Shown here in pieces: positions 53,701 to 64,000 of a stretch of DNA of 64,000 nt. The translations under genes were made by a program, and so were the position numbers. The stretch lies in contig CM082578.2 of NCBI GenBank assembly GCA_040954595.2, forward strand, positions 13,918,304-13,982,303, given 5' to 3'. A model generated the notes under the pieces. It was not told the DNA's origin. It saw nothing but the letters and a program-made list of their open reading frames with translations, and did not search any database. Source of the stretch: Balanoglossus misakiensis. Lineage: Eukaryota; Animalia; Hemichordata. Each line of letters starts with the position of its first letter. The stretch's first letter is position 1.

Positions 53701-56700
53701 CAGGTCAGGTCGCATACAATATTTAAAATCACTTTGTAGAATTTATACTGTATTCCAACTTTCTGTTTTGGTGCCTACATGTAACAACATTGCACTTAAA
53801 GCACTTCTACACGTACAATTTTAAAATAATGGACACAAAAATCATTAAGTCCAGTTTCTACCCAAATTAATGCCTGGCTGCAAAATGTGTGAGACGTGTC
53901 TTGCCCCAAACGTAATTTCCAGAACCCAATTTGGTCGCCTTTTCACGTGCCCTTCTTTGATTGCATTAGGAAAAGTGGTTGCCCTGAAAATGCCTCTGAT
54001 TCCTAAGCGGCAGATGCCTGTACGTCAAATATCAACATATCAATGTTTTCTTAGCAGTAGTTTCCAAGGAATTGACAGTTGATGGGCGACGTCAGACGAT
54101 GATGAACAGTCATCCTCACCATCTACTGTGATGTCCTCACTGATGAAATCTGTGCTGTTTCTCAGTTGGGAGTTTGAATATGTTCTTTATTAAGTGTACC
54201 AGTGCTTGGATGTGACATGAAGATCTCATCTTAAATTAAAAGTACTCGATTCATTGCTTTAGCAGGTAAAGTTTACTCGTAGAATGTACATTGAAATGCA
54301 ACATTATAAGTAAAAAAATCTTAGTTGAAGCCTGTTTTATTCTTTGACTAGTTCCATTTGAAAATTGTCACGAACTGGCGATAATGTGTGTTTTCCGGCT
54401 TATTATATAAACTACGATAATATGACAGACATGCTTCACCCCACTAACAAAGCCTTAACTATCCTAAAGTCATTTATAAATTACGAATATTTCCCCCACT
54501 GATGTTTTATCACGATGCACTCGATTCAACCCTAACGCTAATGGTAACAAATTGTTGTAGCTTTGCGTGGGATTGTGTGGGCAAACGAGGTCTTTGAAAT
54601 CACATCTCACAACAACAATTCGTAATGACGATTGAATATCTACTGCCTTCTTCGGATATTGACGCAATCAATCACAAGCATATCTCGGAAACACGACATA
54701 TATGTTATCCAGTAATATTATTTTCTGTGTTACTGTGACATGCAGAGTGTTATCGATAGTAAAACGATTCAACGTGGCAAATCTAAAATGTGTACGCCTA
54801 TTTCCAAAAGACACACAATTTTATTCCAAAGGCAATACATAATCTCTTGATGCTAACTTGTTTGAAACAAATTGAAATAAAAGGTTAGCAATAATGTGAG
54901 ACTCTTTTCAATTGAATGTCTCTTTACGTATTGGGGTTATTAGTTACACAAAATGTGGCGTATTCGGATGACATTGCCATATTTTGACAAAATGTCAAGC
55001 AAGGTGCCCAGGTAAATACAGCATGAAAATATTTGATGTAGCAGCAATCAAACATCATGCTCTCTTAACTCTTTATTAGATATGTAAACCTAAAGGGCCG
55101 AGTTTGCCCAAATGTACGAAACTCATTGGCTTTATGATTGACGAGAAAACGAACGTAAAGCTAATTGAGAAATTTCTTGTCACGAAGCGTTATCTTCATT
55201 GTTACATTAAGCCTTGTTGGTTCGTGCACATGCGGCTGCGCTTGTTTAACCCTGGGGTGTCCCTGTCCGTGTGGACTTACAATTTCATGACGCAAGTTAT
55301 ATGACTCGGACACAGAGGTGTATGTTCACGCACGATTCCAAGCACAGGGCCAGATGTACACAGTGTAAATGTATTATTGCGGGATCCTATTTTCACTCTG
55401 CCAAACCAGTTCAGAATCAATGTAACACAGTTGCATGAATGCTAATCATTTTATGGCTACGACGCACAACGTTACGTGATCCGATATGTCGGCATAAGCA
55501 ATCTACACAAAGTTGGAAGATCTTGACTCACCGCTGTCGCCGATATGAAAGGAAACATATCTGTTTCTATCTGTTTCATGTTTTTTTTTTCTGCGTACGT
55601 TTGACGCATGAATTTTTCATTAGTTAAGATTAAAGATTAGCGGGCTGGCAGAGATCAGTGGCGTCAGTTAAACTCCTGCCATCGCTTGCCAAAAGCAGAA
55701 ACACAGTTTTACTGAAGCAAAGCACGCTATTCGAGAGGACACAGCTTCATTAGTGATACTGTCAGTAACTTTAGTGAAAAAGCAGACTTCGGCGACATGG
55801 TGTGCCAGTGGACAAGCTCGCACGTTTCCGACAGCTATCCTTAGTACCTTTGACGCAAGGGATTTCCTTGGATGGATCAAATGTGGCAACAACAACTATA
55901 TACAGAGTGTTAAAACACCCGAATGTTATACTTGCATGCGGAAATATCGCAAGGCTACAATAGCCAGCAAAGATGAGTTGAAAAGATATTGGTATGCTTC
56001 TGACTGCACTAATACGCTCACGGAATAGCAATCGTATGATCCCTTACGATTAGATTTCCAATATACGTTCGACCTCAGATAAAAACAAAAATACGTTTCC
56101 TGACGTCAGGTGAAGTTTGGTTGCAGCACCGTTTGTTCATAATGAAAATGGAAAGTTGCAGATTTTCATTTATAATCTGAAAACATGTTATCTACATATT
56201 TCGTCGTATCCCTACTATTTCTAATCGAGTACTGACACATGTGCGGTTTATTTGCCATGTTCCTTGACTGCTCGGAATAGCAAAACCATTAACTATGCAT
56301 TAATGCTTTTTTATTAATTGCTTTTTTGTGAGATTGTAAAATTATATGATAGAAGACAAAATATGCCATTAATATTATTGTAAAATTAAAACGTACCCAG
56401 TATGCAAAGCAATACATCATTCACTGACGTTTGACATGTGGTTATTTTTCCAATATATGACACAATGATGAGTGAAAGCAGTCCTGGCTTTGACTCACAG
56501 AAGTAACTGAGCAAAATTGCAATTAATGTTAATCTTGCCTTACGAACAAATTTCCACAGCGCATCAAAATTCAATCTAAAAAGTGATTTTCCCTGAGTCC
56601 TGACATCGATTGAATACATTTAGTTCCACACTTAAATTTCAATGCCTTAGAATAAAAAACATTTAGTTCTATAGTAACGCATTGGAAATTTACCGTTTGT

Positions 56701-56751
56701 AGAACACCCCAGTAGAATACTTTGCTGTGGACTTCAAAGCAGCGATTCAGT

Positions 56752-56999
56752 TTTTGCAAACATCAATGAAGGATCTCATATTTTCTACAATTACCATAAA
56801 ATTACTGAAACGCAAATATGCCAAATTATATTATAGCATGTTCCATCTACAAGTAAAGTTTACAAACCAGTCTATTCGGTTTTCGCAAAATCAGTGAAAT
56901 ATTTCATATTTTCTAAAATGACAAGACAATTACTGAAACATAAATATGCCAAATTATAGGCTAGCATGTACCATCTACAAGGTGAAGTTTACGAACCAG
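56752..56999. repeat. Diverged tandem duplication, period 128 bp, two copies
   Basis: tcatattttcta at 56776 and 56904; attactgaaac..aaatatgccaaattata..tagcatgt.ccatctacaag..aagtttac.aaccag at 56801 and 56929. Confidence 0.85.
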
Positions 57000-59331
57000 C
57001 ATAGTGTTATTTATGCTGCAGCAGTAGTTTTGTAGACAATAAAAGCTCTCTGACCATATGTATGACGCGGTAATAGCCTGCCAATCATGGATGAAGAGGT
57101 TGTGCATAACTTGAATACGAATGAGAGAAAATATCATGCCAATTATGAGTAAATACCTTACTCATATCCCACATAGCATTCTAATCCAGCAATTAAATAC
57201 ACACAGTTCATGTTGTGCGGGTGAGATTCAATTGAGGGCTTTAATGGATGTTCTACATTGAAACTAGTACCTTCATCATACCGAAATTAATTACGTAGAT
57301 TGGTTCAAGGTTACCGTGGAGGTGAACAACCCTATTACCAGGCGTCGCCGCTTCCGTTGTCTTCGGCGTGCAATTGAAAATCCTCGCGCATCCAAATTGT
57401 TACAAAATCACTCTCGGATGCAATTGAGGCAGTTGGATAAACCATCTTAGTCGACATGAACATTTCTTTCGGTGATATGAAACAGAAAGGTTATAGGTTC
57501 TCGTAAAAGTACAATAAAATTGTAACTTGATGCATAGTGCTCGCGCGGATTTAAAAGTGTCGTAATATTCGCCATTCACGTTCTGCCATTAATTTTATGT
57601 AGTGGAACTCACACACGGCCAAAGTTACTGTTGATTTCTGTCAATTCTTCATGCTCATTTCAACACAATTAATTTCGTTTAATAAATAAAGTGCAACAAC
57701 GGTCTCTTGAAACCCAATTAGCTTAATTTAACTTATCATACATTTCCACGCAGTGTAATTTAATGCCCTAGTTTCTCGAGTAACCTGCAGTCAGAAACAC
57801 CACAGGCTTCCCAACACATGGAGAGACATCGACAGACAACCACTGCACTATGTGGTTTATTACTTTTACTTTCGTGGGTATAGCCGATAGGTGCGTCTTT
57901 GTGGAGTGTCCTGATAGTTGTTCAACCCACTTCTCTTCGAAACTTGGTATTTTTATGGCTTTTCAAAAATATCAATCACCTGACAAGTCACGTATTGTGT
58001 ATACCAAAAACCATTGAGATATATGCCAAAGTTCCTTTTACAAGAAGTATGTCGAAAACACAAAAAACAGTGGAGACAGATCCATAGAAACTGGACAGGT
58101 GACCTAACATGACAGAAGACCCGCCTAGCTTATAGGAATCTGCTTCATCGGGGCGTATCTTTCTACATATTTGATAGTTACAGAGTCGTTACTGTGTTGG
58201 CTGGACAATCCTCACGGTCAATTAACTGTGAGTGGAGTTCGATGCCAGTACATCGATACTCTCTCTCTGCCCGACTCCAGTAACTTATTACATATAATAT
58301 CACGGTCTGTTTGGCTTGAACTAACAAGGGACGATGAATAAGTGAAATAAATTCTCCCTCGCTGATCATATCATCCTGACATCTCTACTGATATAGCTTT
58401 CTTGGTGAGTAGTAAGCCCCATTAATTGTTTGCGGCAATGATCAAACATAGAAACAATATCACAGAATTTCCCGCTGGAATTGAAGTTAAATAGGTTTCA
58501 AACGAGTTCTTTTATATGCAATTTTTGTGATTTATCTCTCAAGTAAAAATCTTCCGAACATGGAAGGCTTGGAACATATCCAAGCTTTCACACCTACAGA
58601 ATGTCAGCAGGGTCGTAAACCTTACATGTACGTGGGCAATGCAGGCCGGGTAAATCATGCCCAATTTTGGAAGGATGTAGCCAGCTTCAATGACTTTCAT
58701 GACAAGGGGGAAATGGGATAGAATAAAAACATGGCCCTGGGTACACCAATATTTCCATCTGCACAATTCAACTTCCAACTGTATGAAAACATCAGACCGT
58801 TAAGCTTAATATAGAGTTGCTTTCAATTTGAACACAAACCCCGAAGGTTTGGTAAAAGAATCTGGGACGAACGTAGCGACACAGGTTTTTACGTGTACAA
58901 CAAGGAAGCAATGACAATATGCCCTTAGGGTGATACTTCCGCAGATGGGTCTTAGATCCTGCAACGCAAACCCGACGATTCGGTGATCTCGAGTCTGCTG
59001 AAGCGAAGGTCTGACGATTGAACTGCAACGACTATTCTGGAAATGTTTATGATGTAGGGAAGTCGGAATTAGACAGCAGATGATTATATCAAATACACAG
59101 CTGCCGGTTATTATACACCCCTTTCTGTCGCTCGGCTCGGCTTAATGCAACATCGACCCTTGATATTAGGATAACATCTTGAGTACCACAGTGCCTTCCA
59201 GCAGTGACGAGAATTTAACATCTTGACTCAATCAGCACATGTGCAGATACCCCCTCCTCGCAAGTACGGAGGAGACTGGACAACACCCTCGGTATATCTC
59301 CTGACTAGACAAGACTAATGAGACAGTGTCG

Positions 59332-59535
59332 TTAACCCCCCCCCCCTCTCTGAACACAAAAGTCAACTTGTAGTAATTTTTCCAAAAAACCATCACAATT
59401 TTTCCAACATTTTAAAACAATTTTAGCTAAGAACTGTCGCCAATGGACAATTATGTGTACTTATGTGTCTAAAATTAAGGGGCAAAACAGTAAAACGTGC
59501 AAAAAATGAAAAGTTGTGGTTTTCAAAGGTAGTAA
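59332..59535 (+). mobile_element. Degenerate ~200 bp repeat copy, possibly a piggyBac-type (TTAA) MITE relic
   Basis: Begins TTAACCC and ends ttcaaaggtagtaa. Shares collinear blocks (agtcaacttgt, caatgga, ttcaaagg) with 62481-62694. Confidence 0.35.
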
Positions 59536-62480
59536 GTTGACCAATGCTGCCAAACAAAAAGGAGGCACTTCATTGAAAGATAAATGGTGACAATCCTGTA
59601 CGACAGATACTCTTCGTTCAAAACTCGGACAGGGTCGTGAGAGATAGCGACATATTGCATGTAATAACCACAACAGGAACTGTAACGCAAAAATATTATG
59701 AAAGTCATTTATAACAGTATTTGCCATATATTTCACTCCGGGATGTGGTCACCCGCCTTCGCTTGACGGGACGAGAAGGGAATTTCAGAACGAGGAAATC
59801 ATGAATATTTGATTAAGAAACGCTTATCTCCACCGCTGCGGAAGATAAGTCTAATTTAGGAAGATGAGCCAGTTTGATTTGCTGATTTACTGCGCAATAA
59901 CTAAGTGTCAGTTTCACTGGTTGTTTTGTCACATCAGGATAATATACGCCACTTCATTCCAATGTTGATTTATTTTAAGTTCTAGTTCAGTGAACAAGCA
60001 ACGTCCAGCTGAGCTGATATTCAGCGCACAGCCCAAATCCAATAGGGAGAATTTTGATTACTTCTCATTCTTTATCTCGGGAATTTAAATGCCAAGATTT
60101 TGCTTCCAATCTTAAATAATGACATCGCGTTACGCACATGTAAACGACCTCATATATATTGGACTAATCGAGTATTATGGAGCCATCAAGGCCTGTGAGA
60201 TGCCGGTTTGTGATGATCACAGAGTGCGCATGCGTACTGTACTAGCAGCAAATCACGGCAAGGAAACGAAAGTCACTGTTCTTTGAGATGCGCACGATGC
60301 AAAGGGGAGTTGCGCGGGAAAACATATGCAAAACGCTCTGCCGTGATGTGTCTAACAAATATCAAAAGGAAGACTAAGGTCCTGAAAAGCATACACAATT
60401 GCCAGACAATCTCATCGATTCAGTACATACGTCACCTCCTTCTTTGGATAATTCCACTTTCTTATTTTCGACCTTGGGCTAGCGGTACATCCAGTCACTT
60501 GGCAATTTGTCTGTCAATTTCAAACAGTTCAACTCATACCGGTAAGCTAGCTGGCCAAGGGCCCAGAAGGAACGATTGGCAATAATGCACCGACCAAACA
60601 TCCTGTAATACAGGATGTCTTCTAAAAATGATACCATTAAGTACATATGCAATTTGATTAAAATAAGCCATAGACAGGCGCAGCGACAGAAAGTGAACAG
60701 CAGAGACCAAGCTAAGGTAAAGACGCCGCCTATCTCTACACAACAGTTGATTTTAACAGATATGGGAGATACATGTATGCTACCAATGGCTCAGCACTAA
60801 TCCTCTAAACTGATACTCATCGGCAAAAAGCAACTAATGGACATGCAGGCCTACAGGATTAGGTGGGCAATGCAGACACCTTTTTATAAATGTATACATG
60901 AATAGGACTAGGAGACGGAAAGGTGCCATGGCCCAGTTTAGAGTAACATTTAAAAAAAATACATGTACTTCATTTAACGGAAAGGATGAGGCTCAAACAT
61001 TTGCAATTCAATTGCTTGCCATGCGTACACTTCAAATAGGGTTTTGAACATGAAAGGTGCGTTATACTGCACGCAGATGGGTGGCCCCATACTTTAGTGA
61101 ATCTGACTCGCTCTATTTACTTTATAGTGGACGACTTGCACATTTAAGTTTCATTGACTGTTGGCTGATCAAAACAGGTACGGCGAACGTAATTAGACAC
61201 CTGCAGCGAAAGCATACTGAAAGTGCCGGCCACCGTTTTCGTTTGACTGCACTGTAAATTCGGGTTATGGGACTGAAAGTCTTCTTTGGGCATCAATATG
61301 CGCCGGAAAACAAACCAGGGGTCTCATAAACTGTTGGACTCGTTTACGACACTTCCCAGGAAGTGAGCGGACATTGAAGCCAATTTAAACTCTTACCACT
61401 GACCCTTATAGTCTCGGAGCCTGGGGATTCTTAATTCACCTTCATTAGCCCGTGTGATTCACATCTATCAACCCGTCTACACAATATTAAATTTTGGCGA
61501 CCATATTACCCTTATACTAAGTACAGCCCTGGGCACTCCTGCTCCTCGGCCGTAATGATATGAATGGGTTAGTTTGCGCTGTGAATCCAAATGGTGAATA
61601 ATTCATTATCTAATGACATACATCCTCTAAGGGTAGCCAACTAATCAGGCATCTTCCGGCCAAATTTCCGATGTGACGCCGAATATTTGATAGGGAAGAT
61701 CGTCCCCCTGCAACGATATACGCTAACAATGATGTATAATTAGTTTCAGCGATTATCCTGATCGGCAGATTTTGAAGGGCTGCGAGGCACCATCCCGCAA
61801 AAGTGGATACAATCCTCGCAATCAGAAAGTATTTATAACGAAGTAGCCGAGCTTGTTGGTGATGGTCTGTTTGCTGTCTTGAGTTTTGAGAAAGTTTCGT
61901 GCAACAAATGGTTCTGATTTTATCATTATTTACGGGTGTGGGCAAGACGAAATCCAAATTAACGAACTAGGGTGTGCTTCGTGCATTCAATTGGGTTTCC
62001 CTCCATGCACATCCATAAAACGTAATTGGTTAGTTCGTGGACCTACATCCCTATATATAAACGTATTTTCTAATTCTCTACCGCTGATTTTCTGTGTCCC
62101 TCTAACATGTCTAACCCCTGTCTCTTTAACCCTTCAAAGACTTTCTCATCCACAATGGCTTATCATCAATACTCAGATTACAGAGGAGTCTATTGGTTGC
62201 CCGTCAAATGAATTGCATCTTCGCAGCCTGAGCGTTAGAATGTAAGGGCTATTGAAAGACCCTTTCTATTTCGAGCTCCATTTTGGCACCCAGTTTTGTG
62301 TGAGGAAAAAAAGGCTAATATTCCCAAATCCTCTATTGCTCTGTCGTTGTCAATCACTGAAATTGCCTTTCGTCTGCCAAAGTTCTCCGTCTTCTAAGAG
62401 AATATTGACGACTGTTCAAACGTTTTATCAAGACAAGTAATGCAACCACCTTTCACGGAACCTAAAATACATGCATGGAT

Positions 62481-62694
62481 TTAAACCGTTCAGCATCATA
62501 GTCAACTTGTTATCATTTTTCACAATATTAACCTCATAACTTTAACTAGCAATTAAGACATGCAGACAATGGAAACTTATATCCGACTGGTCTAGAACTA
62601 TGCGTAAAAAAATAGGGGGAAATGTGTTAAAATGGTGAAAAAAAACTGTTGAACCACTGTTTGACAGCGAAAAATGTGCCGTTCAAAGGGTTAA
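62481..62694 (+). mobile_element. Degenerate ~210 bp repeat copy, possibly a piggyBac-type (TTAA) MITE relic
   Basis: Bounded by TTAAACCGTTCAG and TTCAAAGGGTTAA (TTAA on both sides, imperfect inverted ends). agtcaacttgt at 62500 matches 59361. Confidence 0.4.
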
Positions 62695-64000
62695 TAAAAT
62701 CTAATGTGCAACACGACTCTGGGTAGGCATTGACGGAAAGCCATGGAAAGACGAATGTTGCAAATGGCTTAATCACTTATCGTTGTCTACCTCGCTCTAC
62801 CGTCTTTTGTATTTCCCTTAGTAGTAAACCCAAAGATTAATGTCAATATACTGTGACAGTGTGGATTGAATTCTTTCGCATTTAATGAAGACTTATAGTT
62901 TACTTTATAAAAATATATTGCATATTTAATTGTGTGCCGTATTTGTGTGCCTTTTCCCACACAGTCCGTGACAGATTTGTATTGTGAAAATAGCAATATG
63001 ACTGGACCAACTGTACAAGGCGTACAATTTCTATGGTTTCCGTGAAATCACGACACATTATTACGCGGAAATTGATTACCAAGCTGCAATATCATTACGG
63101 CGACGTTGTGTATAAATGACCACCAAGAAAACAGCAGATGAGTGAACCACAAATTTCTTTTTTTACTACATGGTGTTTTTTATAACGAGTGTTACTATGA
63201 GATAATCACAAACCAATTATTCTGAAAGTGTAAACAATTTGCAGAAAAATGTCATTCATCAGTGGCTCACCACAAGTAGGTAAACATAGCGTGATTTGTT
63301 AAACGCAGCTGAATCTTCACTAAATAACCTAGGTCCTTCGAACTGCATTATTCGAATACTTAAACACACCGAACATTGATTTAGCATCTATTACACTTGT
63401 ATTTTAAGAGATCAAAACCTTCTACATGCATGTTATACCCACTGACAGAAATATTTACCACACGCAATGCTAACTGAATAACAATGAAAACCTTCTGAGC
63501 ATACGGCGTCTTTCCAGGGATGAAATCGGAATTGCTGTTTTCATATTAGGTGGCATTAACGATAGCATGCGTGGAAAGCTAAATGGACCGATATGACATT
63601 ACAATTTTTCAATCATCCCGTTTTTTTAATGTTGGACAACTCAAAATGCAAATTTAAATCAAATTTGATGAACCGATGTCTTTTTCTGTGATCTCGTTTA
63701 AGTTTATGAGATGATATAAATTTATTACATGTTTTTTATTAGACAACAGATTCAGAAATAGTCTGCTCCTATCTCACAAACTCTTTAGATTAATTACACC
63801 CTTTAACATTGATAAATCTGACACGCGTTGGTTTCAGTTTTCATTCTGTAAGTACCGTTACCTAAAAGTTTGCTTTCCCCGGGTTTGTTCTTGTTACTTT
63901 TCAAGCTGTCAACGGCTTGAAAAGATTATCCCTGAGCGGACAACCGATACTTCATTAAACGCGTGTGGAGACTTGGGGCGCGCTATTGTACCTGGTTGGC

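Overview
AT-rich, gene-poor eukaryotic genomic DNA. It looks like an animal, probably a marine invertebrate deuterostome such as a hemichordate or echinoderm; this is an inference from the receptor type and repeat content and is not proven. Only two convincing protein-coding regions exist: two same-strand, paralogous rhodopsin-type (class A) GPCRs with intronless coding sequence (7577-8776 and 34609-35754). Both resemble peptide receptors but carry unusual motif changes and a very short second extracellular loop. Between them lie an intact ~0.8 kb non-autonomous DNA transposon with TIRs and a TTA target-site duplication (23181-23989) and a ~4.5 kb array of 31-bp tandem repeats with visible higher-order structure (28164-32653). 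The rest holds microsatellites, decayed interspersed repeats and a clear excess of TACATGTA words that resemble transposon excision footprints. The other short ORFs in the track look like chance ORFs. I found no CRISPR array, RNA gene or prokaryotic system, and I cannot support a claim of a wholly new biological system; the best leads are listed as findings.
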